Shown in pieces: positions 8,812 through 18,964 of a stretch of DNA of 56,833 bases. Below the pieces are notes generated by a model that did no database searches, was not told the DNA's origin, and worked only from the letters and a program-made list of their open reading frames with translations. Origin of the DNA: Chitinophagaceae bacterium (GTDB lineage: Bacteria; Bacteroidota; Bacteroidia; Chitinophagales; Chitinophagaceae); NCBI GenBank assembly GCA_947474815.1, contig CANJJU010000001.1, positions 1 through 56,833 on the forward strand, read 5' to 3'. A program made the translations under genes and the position numbers. Numbering within the stretch: the stretch's first letter is position 1; each line of letters opens with the position of its first letter.

Positions 8812-9570
8812 ATGTCATTATTTAAATCTGGCAATCCAACACTTTCTGAAAATAAATTCAGAGATACTGTAATCGCAAGTACTGTTTCACATGGAGATAG
8901 TATGACCATCAATGGAACACTCCAAAAGTTTGGGTTTATGTTACTTATGCTTGTAGGAACCGCCTTCTATTCTTGGAAAGAAGTTATTGGAAGTGGAGAA
9001 AACGTAATGATAATGATTGGAGGAGGGGCTATTGGCGGGTTGGTTGTTGCCCTGATTCTCGCCTTTAAAAGGGAATGGTCTCCATATCTTGCTCCATTAT
9101 ATGCTTTGTTGGAAGGACTTTTCATCGGGGCCATTTCAGCAATGTTTAATGAGTTGTATAATGGTATTGTACTAAATGCAGTTGGATTAACTTTTGGCGT
9201 TGGCGTAGCAATGTATCTGCTATACTCCCTTAGAATTATAAGGGCTACAGAAAAATTTAAAGCAGTTGTTTTCACTGCTACTGCAGGAATTGCCATATTT
9301 TATTTATTGGTTTGGGTAATGAGTCTTTTTGGATACAATAATCTCCAGTTCTTACACGAGGGAAGCACATTTGGCATTGTATTCTCCTTGGTGGTAGTGG
9401 TAATTGCCGCCTTAAACCTAATTCTAGATTTTGATATGATTGAACAGGGTGCTGCAATGGGCGCTCCAAAATATATGGAATGGTACGGTGCTTTTGGATT
9501 AATGGTAACATTTGTTTGGCTTTATCTTGAAATATTAAGATTGCTTTCGAAATTAAACAGCAGAAACTAA
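8812..9570 (+). CDS. Bax inhibitor-1/YccA family membrane protein
   Basis: About 7 TM helices; LNLILDFDMIEQG..APKYMEWYGAFGLMVTFVWLYLEILRLL signature. Confidence 0.92.
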   Translation: MSLFKSGNPTLSENKFRDTVIASTVSHGDSMTINGTLQKFGFMLLMLVGTAFYSWKEVIGSGENVMIMIGGGAIGGLVVALILAFKREWSPYLAPLYALLEGLFIGAISAMFNELYNGIVLNAVGLTFGVGVAMYLLYSLRIIRATEKFKAVVFTATAGIAIFYLLVWVMSLFGYNNLQFLHEGSTFGIVFSLVVVVIAALNLILDFDMIEQGAAMGAPKYMEWYGAFGLMVTFVWLYLEILRLLSKLNSRN

Positions 9571-9592
9571 ACATCATTTCCTGTAACTCTTT

Positions 9593-9623
9593 AAAAAGCC
9601 GAAATAATATCTCGGCTTTTTTT
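9593..9623 (+). terminator. Intrinsic terminator after the YccA-family gene
   Basis: AAAAAGCCGA-AATAATATC-TCGGCTTTTT followed by further T residues. Confidence 0.8.
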
Positions 9624-9649
9624 ATTACTTTGAAGTCTTAATTTATATT

Positions 9650-12481
9650 ATGAAAAAAATATTAGCAGTAGTTGTTTTATTGGTAGCAGGAATAAATAGT
9701 TTCTCCCAAGCAAAATTGTTGGAAAAAGTTGTGAAAAAGGGTGATGAAATTATTATCCCCTATGAAAAATATGTGTTGTCTAATGGATTAACGGTGATTT
9801 TGCATGAAGACCATAGTGATCCAATTGTTCATGTGGATGTTACTTATCATGTAGGAAGCGCAAGGGAAGAAATTGGGAAAAGCGGATTTGCTCATTTCTT
9901 TGAACACATGCAATTTCAAGGAAGCGACCATGTGGCGGATGAGCAACATTTTAAAATGATCACTGCTGCCGGAGGCACCCTTAATGGAAGTACAAATCTA
10001 GATCGCACGAATTATTTTGAAACAGTCCCTAATAACCAACTTGAAAAAATATTATGGTTAGAAGCAGATAGAATGGGATATTTTTTAGATGCAGTAACCC
10101 AACAAAAATTTGAAATACAAAGAAGTACGGTAAAAAATGAACGTGGTCAGAATTACGACAATAAGCCTTATGGTTTAATGGGAGAATTTACCAGTAAAAA
10201 TTTATACCCATACGGACATCCTTATAGTTGGTTAACTATTGGATACGTAGAAGACCTCAATCGAGTAAATGCAAATGATTTAAAAAACTTTTTTCTGCGT
10301 TGGTATGGACCAAATAATGCAACGCTTACAATTGGAGGGGATATCAACCCTGCAAAAGCTATTCAGCTAGCCGAGAAATATTTTGGAAGTATTCCGAAAG
10401 GACCAGACGTAACAAAAACAATTTTACCAAAAGCTGTCATCAATGAAAATCGTTATGTTTCTTATGTAGACAATTACGCAAGAGTTCCGTTATTGGCTAA
10501 AACATATCCAACAGTTCCTAATTATGATAAAGACATGTCGGCATTGGCTTGTTTGGCTCAAATTCTTGGACAAGGAAAAACATCTATTCTATATCAAGAA
10601 TTTGTAAAAACACAAAAGGCATTACAAGCAAGTGCGAGTAGCCGATTATCTGAATTGGCAGGAGAATTTACTATTCAGTTAGTTCCACTTCCGGGAAAAT
10701 CACTTAGCAATATGGATAGTTTATATAAGCAGGCCTTAATGGTGTTTGAAAAAAGAGGAGTAACAGATGAGGACATTGAAAAGTTTAAAGGAGGTATTGA
10801 ATCTCAATATATCAATGGACTTCAAAGTGTATCAGGAAAAGTGTCTCAATTAGCAGCATTTCAAACTTTTACCCACAATCCTAATATGATTGGTAAAATG
10901 CTGAACTCGTATCGAGCTGTTACAAAAGAAGATGTAATGAACGTTTACAATACTTATATTAAAGATAAAAACTGTGTAACGGTAAGTGTTCTTACAAAAG
11001 GTAATACAACAGGAGTTGCCATGCCAGATAATTATATCATTGACTCAACTAATTATACAAAACCTTCCTATGGATATGATGGATTGATGTACACTAAAGG
11101 GAAAGACAAATTCGATAGAAGTAAAATTCCTACTACGGGGCCAAGTCCAGTATTGAAAGTACCCGCATTCTGGAAACAAAACCTAGCGAACGGAATAAAA
11201 ATTATTGGTACAGAAAATACAGAGCTTCCTTTAGTGAATGTTTCAATCACGATACCTGGCGGCCATTTATTACAAGCAAATGACACTTCTAAAATTGGAT
11301 TGGCTGGTTTTGTTGGCAGCATGCTAAACGAAGACACTAAAAATTATTCAGCTGAACAGTTATCTGTTGAATTACAAAAATTAGGCAGCAGCATCTCGGT
11401 GAATAATACCCTTGATGGTATCCGATTCTCGATGCAGAGTCAAAAAAAGAATATAGATAAAACGATTGCATTGCTTGAAGAAAGAATGCTTCATCCAAAT
11501 TTTACGGAGAATGCATTTACTCGAATACAAAAACAATCTTTAGAAAGTTTCAAGCAGGCTAAATCGCAACCAGCAACTATTGCAAGTGCTGTGTATGAAA
11601 AACTTTCATATGGTGCTGGAAATATTCTAGGAATGAGCGACAACGGCACAGAGAACACGGTTAAAAACCTTCGTTTAAGTGACATCCAAGAGTATTACAA
11701 TAATTACATGACATCTAAAAATGCAAGGATTGTAATAGTAGGAGATATTAAACAAAATGAAATTCTTTCAAAACTTACTTTTCTAAATAAACTACCCAAT
11801 AAAGAAATTGTTATTCCTACGCCTGTGGTCATTCCTACATCCGCTAAAACAGTAGTTTACCTAGTAGATGTTCCCAAGGCTGCTCAAACTGAATTTAGGA
11901 TAGGAAAAATAGTGCCTCTCCCCTATGAGCTTACAGGAGAATATTATCAAGCAGATTTGATGAACTATGTATTGGGTGCCAATTTCAATAGTAGATTAAA
12001 TTTAAATTTAAGAGAAGACAAAGCTTGGACCTACGGAGCTAGAGCTAATTTTAGCGGAGACAAATACAGTGTTAAATACACTTTTAGTTCAGGCATACGA
12101 GCCGATGCCACCGATAGTGCCTTAACAGAAGTTATTAAAGAAATTAATAATTATGCTATAAATGGAATCACTGAAGAAGAAGTGACTTTTATGAAAAGCG
12201 CCTTGGGACAGAGAGATGCGCTTCAATATGAAACCATGGCGCAAAAATCTGGATTCATTGGACGCATATTGGAATACAATCTTCCGGGTAACTATATAGA
12301 AAAACAAAGCTCTATTTTGAATGGTATAACTAAACCAAGAATAGATGATTTAGCTAAAAAGTGGCTACAAACTAATAACATGTTTATTTTACTAGTGGGC
12401 GATAAAGCTAAAATCCTTTCAGGAATACAAAAGTTTGGGTATGAAATTATTGAGTTGGATTCTGATGGGAATAAAAAATAA
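9650..12481 (+). CDS. Secreted M16 (pitrilysin/insulinase) family zinc peptidase
   Basis: Signal peptide; inverted zinc motif HFFEH; NGST..DRTNYFE; duplicated M16 domains with RLNLNLREDKAWTYGA. Confidence 0.93.
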   Translation: MKKILAVVVLLVAGINSFSQAKLLEKVVKKGDEIIIPYEKYVLSNGLTVILHEDHSDPIVHVDVTYHVGSAREEIGKSGFAHFFEHMQFQGSDHVADEQHFKMITAAGGTLNGSTNLDRTNYFETVPNNQLEKILWLEADRMGYFLDAVTQQKFEIQRSTVKNERGQNYDNKPYGLMGEFTSKNLYPYGHPYSWLTIGYVEDLNRVNANDLKNFFLRWYGPNNATLTIGGDINPAKAIQLAEKYFGSIPKGPDVTKTILPKAVINENRYVSYVDNYARVPLLAKTYPTVPNYDKDMSALACLAQILGQGKTSILYQEFVKTQKALQASASSRLSELAGEFTIQLVPLPGKSLSNMDSLYKQALMVFEKRGVTDEDIEKFKGGIESQYINGLQSVSGKVSQLAAFQTFTHNPNMIGKMLNSYRAVTKEDVMNVYNTYIKDKNCVTVSVLTKGNTTGVAMPDNYIIDSTNYTKPSYGYDGLMYTKGKDKFDRSKIPTTGPSPVLKVPAFWKQNLANGIKIIGTENTELPLVNVSITIPGGHLLQANDTSKIGLAGFVGSMLNEDTKNYSAEQLSVELQKLGSSISVNNTLDGIRFSMQSQKKNIDKTIALLEERMLHPNFTENAFTRIQKQSLESFKQAKSQPATIASAVYEKLSYGAGNILGMSDNGTENTVKNLRLSDIQEYYNNYMTSKNARIVIVGDIKQNEILSKLTFLNKLPNKEIVIPTPVVIPTSAKTVVYLVDVPKAAQTEFRIGKIVPLPYELTGEYYQADLMNYVLGANFNSRLNLNLREDKAWTYGARANFSGDKYSVKYTFSSGIRADATDSALTEVIKEINNYAINGITEEEVTFMKSALGQRDALQYETMAQKSGFIGRILEYNLPGNYIEKQSSILNGITKPRIDDLAKKWLQTNNMFILLVGDKAKILSGIQKFGYEIIELDSDGNKK

Positions 12482-12504
12482 AAAATCTAACAATATCGTT
12501 GAAT

Positions 12505-12533
12505 AAAAAATGCTGCTTTTGAGCAGCATTTTT
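12505..12533. terminator. Bidirectional intrinsic terminator between convergent genes
   Basis: AAAAAATGCTGCT-TTTG-AGCAGCATTTTT. Confidence 0.85.
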
Positions 12534-12554
12534 TATAGGAGAAAGTTTTCAACT

Positions 12555-12947
12555 TCAATCGAAGAAAAAGAAAAAATACAAGGCAGCACTGGATGGTTTC
12601 ATTCCTTCAAAATATCCGATAGTGCTTCCAGATGAATTTTTCACTCTGCCATCTTCTACATAACCGATGGTACTTCCGGAAGAATTTTTTACTCTGCCGT
12701 CTTCTATATATCCTATTGTACTGCCTGAAGAGTTTTTTACCCTGCCGTCTTCATAGTAGCCAATAGTACTGCCGGAGGAATTCTTTACCCTCCCGTCTTG
12801 TATATACCCTATTGTACTTCCTGAAGAATTCTTTACTCTACCGTCCTCTATGTATCCTACTGTACTTCCTGAAGAGTTTTTTAATCGCTGGCTATAACCA
12901 ATCAATGTTAACAGAATCAACAAGGATAGGAGTATTACTTTTTTCAT
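12555..12947 (-). CDS. Secreted tandem-repeat protein (six 16-aa repeats; beta-flower-like)
   Basis: Likely start MKKVILLSLL at 12947 with signal peptide; repeats of RVKNSSGSTIGYxEDG; C-terminal SAALYFFFFFD. Confidence 0.8.
   Translation of the reverse strand: MKKVILLSLLILLTLIGYSQRLKNSSGSTVGYIEDGRVKNSSGSTIGYIQDGRVKNSSGSTIGYYEDGRVKNSSGSTIGYIEDGRVKNSSGSTIGYVEDGRVKNSSGSTIGYFEGMKPSSAALYFFFFFD
12603..12887 (-). repeat. Intragenic 48-bp tandem repeat, about 6 copies
   Basis: Protein repeats are nearly identical, while the DNA copies differ at synonymous positions. Confidence 0.92.
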
Positions 12948-12957
12948 ATAAAAAAAA

Positions 12958-13635
12958 TTAATAAAGAATATAATAAGAAAGAAATTGAGTGAGGATTCCA
13001 ATAAGAATGCCCATATAAATATCTTTTGAATTGTGTGCATTTAAAAATAATCTTGAAGAACATACTATGCCCGTTATCAATAACACCAAACATAAAGGCC
13101 AAGTCATCTGCATGGAATTAAATTGAAATAATAATAAAAAGAAACCCAACCACCCTCCCATACCAATGGCGTGCATGCTCACTTTAAAATAAATATTTGC
13201 TAACAAAGCTCCTGATGAAGCAAAAAAGATTCCTAAAACATAAGAGGTAAGTAGTAATGGATAAGCCGGCTGTTGTTTAAAGACAGTGTAGGTCCAAAAG
13301 AAAAAAATCCCTGAAGCGATATAAGGAATAATTCTATCTTTTTGCGTTCTTAAAAACAAAGAATCAATAAATCCAACTGCCTTGAGCAATACTACACTTA
13401 ATAAAGGGTAAAGAATAAGATTCAATATAACGATTAGAATTGTCTGCGCTTTTTCCGAAGAAGAAAATCCAGTAAAGGCATAAGGATGTATATAAATTAA
13501 AAAATAAGCAACAAATAACGGAATGAAAATGGGATGAAAGCAATAGGAAATGATATTTGCAAAGACTCTAACGATGAGGTTAGATGCATTCACTGAGTCA
13601 TCTGCTATTTTATTTTCTGCCGTACTTGTTGTCAT
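12958..13635 (-). CDS. Conserved polytopic membrane protein (PAP2-like C-terminus)
   Basis: Several TM helices; ISYCFHPIFIP, KVSMHAIGMGG and SSRLFLNAH motifs; immediately downstream of rpoN. Confidence 0.7.
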   Translation of the reverse strand: MTTSTAENKIADDSVNASNLIVRVFANIISYCFHPIFIPLFVAYFLIYIHPYAFTGFSSSEKAQTILIVILNLILYPLLSVVLLKAVGFIDSLFLRTQKDRIIPYIASGIFFFWTYTVFKQQPAYPLLLTSYVLGIFFASSGALLANIYFKVSMHAIGMGGWLGFFLLLFQFNSMQMTWPLCLVLLITGIVCSSRLFLNAHNSKDIYMGILIGILTQFLSYYILY

Positions 13636-13645
13636 GTTTTTCTTA

Positions 13646-15130
13646 TTATAATATTTTTCTTAGTCGGGCTACTGAAATATTGAGCTGCTCCCTATATTTA
13701 GCTACTGTTCGTCTAGCAATGTTATATCCTTTTTCTTGGAGCATTTCAGTTAACCTTTCGTCGCTATGTGGATGTTTTTTACTTTCTGCATTAATAATGT
13801 CCGTCAGAATTTTTTTAACTTCTCTTGTACTTACTTCCTCTCCGCTTTCTGTTTGCAAGCTTTCGCTGAAGAAAAACTTAAGTCGATAAGTACCAAATTC
13901 AGTTTGCACAAATTTACTATTCGCAACTCGACTGATTGTACTGATATCTAAATTGGTTTCTTCTGCAATATCTTTTAATATCATTGGCTTCAAGTCAATT
14001 TCATCACCCGTAAGAAAAAAAGCATACTGATAATTCATGATTGCTCCCATTGTATTGAGCAAGGTCGTTTGTCTTTGTTGGATTGCGTCAATAAACCATT
14101 TTGCAGAATCTAATTTTTGCTTTATAAACAATACCGCTTCTTTTTGACGCTTATCTTTCTTGGTTCCCTTTTCATATTCTTTGAGCATATCTCTATACCC
14201 TTCGCTAATACGTAAATCAGGGGCATTTTTACTATTCAACAACAACTCCAGTGTTCCATTACTATTGGTTATATAAAAATCAGGGATAATATAATTTTGT
14301 CCTTTACTTGAATCTCCAATGTTGCTCCCTGGTTTAGGATTAAGTTTAATAATTTGATTAATAATTTCTCTAAGTTGCGCATCTGAAAGATTTAATCCTT
14401 TTTGAATTTTTTCGTAATGCTTCTTTGTAAACTCTTCGAAATACTTATCTAATACTTTTATTGCCCATTCAACATGCTCTCCCTGATTCGTTTTTCTTTG
14501 GAGCTGTAATAAAAGACATTCTTGTAAATTTCTTGCCCCTACCCCTGCAGGATCGAATTGTTGAATTTGGGTGATGATTTTTTTTATCTGCTCTTCCGAT
14601 GCCTCAATATTTTGTCTGAAGGCGAGATCATCAATAATAGCAGTCACATCTCTTCTTAGGTATCCGTCGTCATCCAAACTCCCCACTATTTGTTCTGCAA
14701 TTTTTCCTTCTGTTTCATTCAATTTTAATAAACCTAATTGAAGCAACATTTGTTCATTAAATGAAGCCTCCACTTTAACCGGAATAACTCTATCATCATT
14801 CAGTTCAGGATAATTTTCGTCTCTTAGTTTATAGTCTCCCACTTCATCATCTCCTTCTTGAACATATTCACTCACATCAATGTTATCGTACTCCTCTTCA
14901 CTTCCATCCAGATCGGTGTCGCTATCGGTTTCATCAGCAAATTCATCCTTTTTATCAATATCATCTTCATAACTATCTTCTCCATGTTCTAAGGCAGGGT
15001 TTTCTTCGAGCTCTTCCTTTATCCTTTCTTCTAAATAAGCAGTAGGCACCTGCAGCAATTTCATCAATTGAATCTGCTGAGGAGAAAGCTTTTGAAGCAA
15101 CTTATGCTGTAAGGTTTGATGAAGTGCCAT
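13646..15130 (-). CDS. rpoN: RNA polymerase sigma-54 factor
   Basis: Gln/Leu-rich region I (QKLSPQQIQLMKLLQ), DPAGVGARNLQECLLLQL, RpoN box ARRTVAKYRE. Confidence 0.98.
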   Translation of the reverse strand: MALHQTLQHKLLQKLSPQQIQLMKLLQVPTAYLEERIKEELEENPALEHGEDSYEDDIDKKDEFADETDSDTDLDGSEEEYDNIDVSEYVQEGDDEVGDYKLRDENYPELNDDRVIPVKVEASFNEQMLLQLGLLKLNETEGKIAEQIVGSLDDDGYLRRDVTAIIDDLAFRQNIEASEEQIKKIITQIQQFDPAGVGARNLQECLLLQLQRKTNQGEHVEWAIKVLDKYFEEFTKKHYEKIQKGLNLSDAQLREIINQIIKLNPKPGSNIGDSSKGQNYIIPDFYITNSNGTLELLLNSKNAPDLRISEGYRDMLKEYEKGTKKDKRQKEAVLFIKQKLDSAKWFIDAIQQRQTTLLNTMGAIMNYQYAFFLTGDEIDLKPMILKDIAEETNLDISTISRVANSKFVQTEFGTYRLKFFFSESLQTESGEEVSTREVKKILTDIINAESKKHPHSDERLTEMLQEKGYNIARRTVAKYREQLNISVARLRKIL

Positions 15131-15315
15131 ATTCGTTAATCATTAAAAATTATAATGGGGGATTTATAAAGTTTTAACCCCAATACATATCCTTAATCAA
15201 GTATAAAATTACAATATTGCATCGCTTAAAATGTAACAAAAACTGTTATTTTTAATTTTTGGGGGCAGTCTGCTACATACCACTGGATAATAGACAAAAT
15301 ACATATGCTATTATA

Positions 15316-16515
15316 CTATTTACTCTTGGGCGTTTGGGCAGGAGTCTTAAAGTAATTGAGTCTAAGGCTATCGCTCCATCCATTGGGATTTTTTTCAAAC
15401 GATTTACTGCTATAAAAAACCATGCCTTGTATATTAGGAGTGTTTCTTATTTTTTCAATTTGCTTAGGTATTTGTGTAACCTCCCTCCATGCTCTATTGG
15501 ATCCTGCCCTGTAAATGGCTAATCCTATATAACAGTTTTTTCCGTAAGTATTCTTGCTCCACCAGTCAATGAGCACTTCGTATGGTGCAAGCTTATGACC
15601 TATTTCCCAATATAATTGAGGTGCAACATAATCAATCCAGCCATTTTTAAGCCAAAGTAAAATATCTGCATACAAATAATCATAGTTAGTGGGGCCTGCC
15701 TTGGTATTGCTGCCTCTTGGATCTTTATCAGCATTTCGCCACACCCCAAAGGGACTAACTCCAAATTGGCAATGACTATTCGTTTCCTTAATGGTATTGT
15801 GTAATTTTAATATAATCGTATCAACATTGCTTCTTCTCCAATCATCTAAAGATTGATTATTGCCATACTTAATATAGGAAGCACGATCTGGAAAAGGTTT
15901 TCCAGGAATAGGATAAGGATAAAAATAATCATCAATATGAATGGCATCTACATTATATCGGCTCACTACATCCTGAACCACATTTACTACATATTGTTGG
16001 GCTTCTTTATTTGCAGGATCAAAATATTTCTTTTCCCCATAAGTGATAAACCACTCTGGGTGAAGCTTTGTGATATGATTGGATGCAATAGAAGAATGAT
16101 AAATATTTAATACCGCTCGATAGGGATTTATCCACGCATGAAATTCCATTCCTCTTTTATGAGTTTCTGTAACCATGAATTCAAGTGGGTCATAATAGGG
16201 AATAGGCGGAGTGCCTTGTTTGCCCGTAAGCCATTCACTCCAAGGATCAAACGCAGAGGGATACATGGCATCAGAAGAAGGCCTAATCTGAACAATCAAT
16301 GTATTCATTCCATTGCGTTGGTGCATATCAAGTAATCGGATAAAAGAAGACTTTAATTCTTCGCTGTTAGTAGTAGGCTTGTCTGGCCAATCTATATTCC
16401 CAACAGTAGCCACCCAAACTGCTCTCATTTCAGGCTTTTGAATTACCTGCTGAGCATAAGGAGCATTTCCTACACAAACAAACAACAATAAGAAAACAAT
16501 TGATTTTTGAAACAC
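15316..16515 (-). CDS. Glycoside hydrolase-like 10 (GHL10/YddW/DUF187) family protein
   Basis: EMRAVWVATVGNIDWP, EFHAWINPYR, HIDDYFYPYP and WIDYVAPQLYW motifs; GTG start. Confidence 0.9.
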   Translation of the reverse strand: MFQKSIVFLLLFVCVGNAPYAQQVIQKPEMRAVWVATVGNIDWPDKPTTNSEELKSSFIRLLDMHQRNGMNTLIVQIRPSSDAMYPSAFDPWSEWLTGKQGTPPIPYYDPLEFMVTETHKRGMEFHAWINPYRAVLNIYHSSIASNHITKLHPEWFITYGEKKYFDPANKEAQQYVVNVVQDVVSRYNVDAIHIDDYFYPYPIPGKPFPDRASYIKYGNNQSLDDWRRSNVDTIILKLHNTIKETNSHCQFGVSPFGVWRNADKDPRGSNTKAGPTNYDYLYADILLWLKNGWIDYVAPQLYWEIGHKLAPYEVLIDWWSKNTYGKNCYIGLAIYRAGSNRAWREVTQIPKQIEKIRNTPNIQGMVFYSSKSFEKNPNGWSDSLRLNYFKTPAQTPKSK

Positions 16516-16545
16516 TGATTTTGATTTTTTTATAATAACAATCTT

Positions 16546-17598
16546 TTATAGCTCTTCGCTAGATGTAAATGTATTGCTTGTATTTTCTCTGTGTTCAAAT
16601 TCGCTAATATATATTTTTAATAAAACGATAAAATACGTTAATAACAATGGACCAAAAATAAGTCCCATAAAGCCAAATAAGTTCAGCCCAACTATTACCC
16701 CTAAAACAGTTACGATGGGATGTACATTTCCCATTTTTTTCATTAAGGTTAATCTTGCCACATAATCTACATTTCCTGTTACTATTAAACTGTAAAATGA
16801 TAATGCAATAGCCTGCCAAGTGAGGCCTTGAGCAAAAAGCATAATTACTAAAGGAATCCAAATAATCATCGTTCCTACAAGGGGAAAGAATGCAAATATT
16901 CCTGTTATAACACCCCATAATATCCAATCATGTAATCCAAATATCCAATAGCCAATTGCTGCAAAAAAACCTTGAATAATACAAATCAGCGGAATGCCTA
17001 GTGCATTGGCTTTCACCATTAATGTGGTCTCTTCCCCTAAAGTCTTAATGTTTTCAGGTTTCAACGGAATGATTTCATTCAAATACTTTTCTATGTTTTT
17101 ACCATTGACAAGCAGATAATAGAAAAGAAAAAACATCATTAAAAGATTCGCAAAAATATTTGCAGTGCTATTTACTACCTGTACAAGTAACAATGAAAAC
17201 TTTTCTGTTAGAGCCTTGGCATTATTCATTGTTAAAATAGAAAATCCCGTACGCTCTTTTATTTGTGCAGCAGCCGTTTGTACGCCTTGAATGATTTTTT
17301 CCTGATTATCTGCAATAGAATGAATTTTTGGAGAAATCAGTGTAATGCTAAAGTATATTGGTATCGCTATAATGAATACATATAAAAAAATAATAGCCAA
17401 TGCCGCAAGTCCTTTTTTCCATTTATTTGTAAAAACAAGTTTGTAAAAAAAAGTGCGGCTTAATACAAACAATGTAATACCCCCTAATAAACCAGGAATA
17501 AAAATTCGTAATTGAGAAATCAACAAAATAGCAATAATGATAATAAGCCCAAATAGAAAAAGTTGGCGGAGCCTTTCATTAAAATACTTTGTTGTCAT
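16546..17598 (-). CDS. AI-2E family transporter
   Basis: Hydrophobicity pattern; VHPIVTVLGVIVGLNLFGFMGLIFGPLL motif. Confidence 0.9.
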   Translation of the reverse strand: MTTKYFNERLRQLFLFGLIIIIAILLISQLRIFIPGLLGGITLFVLSRTFFYKLVFTNKWKKGLAALAIIFLYVFIIAIPIYFSITLISPKIHSIADNQEKIIQGVQTAAAQIKERTGFSILTMNNAKALTEKFSLLLVQVVNSTANIFANLLMMFFLFYYLLVNGKNIEKYLNEIIPLKPENIKTLGEETTLMVKANALGIPLICIIQGFFAAIGYWIFGLHDWILWGVITGIFAFFPLVGTMIIWIPLVIMLFAQGLTWQAIALSFYSLIVTGNVDYVARLTLMKKMGNVHPIVTVLGVIVGLNLFGFMGLIFGPLLLTYFIVLLKIYISEFEHRENTSNTFTSSEEL

Positions 17599-17629
17599 AA
17601 AAAGTGGATTGATTATTTTTTACTATTCG

Positions 17630-18661
17630 CTAATCCTTCCAAACAGAAGCGCCTTCACTACAATTAGAACATATATCAATGTTTTTCCGTCCTTTCATTA
17701 ATTCGGCGCGAAATTGTTTATAGTTGTTGCTTTGCCAAATATTTTTAAAAGAATTACTTTTAAGAGATCCCAATTGATGCATGGCATCTTTATCAAAACA
17801 ACAAGGAACTACTAATCCATCCCAAGTGATAACATTTGCATGCCATAGTTTCCAGCAGTGATTAGCCAATTTGTTTTTCGACTTATAGGTTCCATTTTTG
17901 TCTTTTTTGTATCGGCTAAATTTATCGTTATCAGGAATAAGCTGATTTGGATCAGTCTCATAATTATAGACTTGAGCTGTTTTAAATCTTACTTCATCCA
18001 CTCCAATTTCTTTTGCTAGTTTCTTAATGTCTTCTATTTGATGTTCATTGGGCTTTACCACTAAAAACTGAAAAAAAATGAAAGGCGTTTTACTATTCAG
18101 TTCTTTTCTCCATTTAATTATATTTTTAGTTCCTTCAATCACCTTATCTAAATTACCTCCCACTCTGTATTGTTTATAAACATCCTGTGTTGTTCCATCA
18201 ATAGAGATAATCAGTCGATCGAGTCCACTCTCCACGGTTTTTTTTGCAGCTTCTTCGGTAAGGTAATGAGCATTGGTAGAGGTAGCCGTGTATATGTTTT
18301 TAGAAGAGGCATATTGAACCATTGATAAAAAATCAGGATTAAGATAAGGCTCTCCTTGGAAATAAAATATGAGATAAATCAGATGTTGATGTATTTGATC
18401 GATCGTTTCAGTAAAAAAATCATTTTGCAACATACCCGTTGGACGAGAAAATACCCTTAAGCCACTTGGGCACTCGGGACAACGAAGATTACAGCTGGTT
18501 GTTGGCTCAAAGGAAATAGACAGGGGAACCCCCCATTGTATTGGCCGACCGGTTAAACGACTTACATAAAAACTGGCCAATACCTTACCTGCATTCCATA
18601 AACGTGTAAACGTAAGCTTACTCAACAGGTTAAAAGTATCGTTTCGGTTAAACCTTGGCAT
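17630..18661 (-). CDS. Radical SAM/SPASM (twitch-type) domain protein
   Basis: CNLRCPEC (CxxxCxxC), QGEP motif, C-terminal CWKLW..VVPCCFD..CSNC. Confidence 0.92.
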   Translation of the reverse strand: MPRFNRNDTFNLLSKLTFTRLWNAGKVLASFYVSRLTGRPIQWGVPLSISFEPTTSCNLRCPECPSGLRVFSRPTGMLQNDFFTETIDQIHQHLIYLIFYFQGEPYLNPDFLSMVQYASSKNIYTATSTNAHYLTEEAAKKTVESGLDRLIISIDGTTQDVYKQYRVGGNLDKVIEGTKNIIKWRKELNSKTPFIFFQFLVVKPNEHQIEDIKKLAKEIGVDEVRFKTAQVYNYETDPNQLIPDNDKFSRYKKDKNGTYKSKNKLANHCWKLWHANVITWDGLVVPCCFDKDAMHQLGSLKSNSFKNIWQSNNYKQFRAELMKGRKNIDICSNCSEGASVWKD

Positions 18662-18750
18662 GACAACAAAATTACTAGTAATTTAGCTTATCGCGCTAAG
18701 CTTTGACTTATTTTAAGGAAAGCATATCAACTTATTATTATAGCAACAAA

Positions 18751-18963
18751 ATGGAAGACGAAACAAGGGCATTTTTAATTCTAATTCTAAATACCATTTC
18801 ACTGGTATTACTATGGATGATGGTCAATGTTTTTGTGGGGATCTATTTTGGGTATGCTTTTTTTGAGAAAGAGCCCACTTGGAAAAATATAGTTTATTAT
18901 TTATTTTTTGTGGCAACTATTGTAGCCTTACTCCTTCATTTAAAAAGAAAATGGAGGATGTAA
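18751..18963 (+). CDS. Small two-TM hypothetical membrane protein
   Basis: MEDETRAFL... from ATG 18751; two hydrophobic helices and a basic C-terminus; fills the gap between flanking genes. Confidence 0.65.
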   Translation: MEDETRAFLILILNTISLVLLWMMVNVFVGIYFGYAFFEKEPTWKNIVYYLFFVATIVALLLHLKRKWRM

Positions 18964-18964
18964 C

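Noticed and set aside
12603-12887. 48-bp periodic DNA repeat as a possible CRISPR array
   Set aside because: The units are contiguous with no unique spacers, stay in frame with synonymous variation, and no cas genes are present. It is a coding repeat.
15131-15315. Sigma-54 (-24/-12) autoregulatory promoter or structured leader upstream of rpoN
   Set aside because: No TGGCAC-N5-TTGC match; the GGGG...CCCC pairing at about 15157-15181 is weak.
15259-15522. Plus-strand 87-aa ORF, and the many other short ORFs nested antisense or out of frame within long genes
   Set aside because: They overlap well-supported genes, show no recognisable motifs and mostly use non-ATG starts.
17630-18963. RiPP biosynthetic cluster around the radical SAM/SPASM gene
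   Set aside because: No plausible precursor peptide, RRE/PqqD domain or peptidase-transporter. The adjacent small ORF is a two-TM membrane protein.
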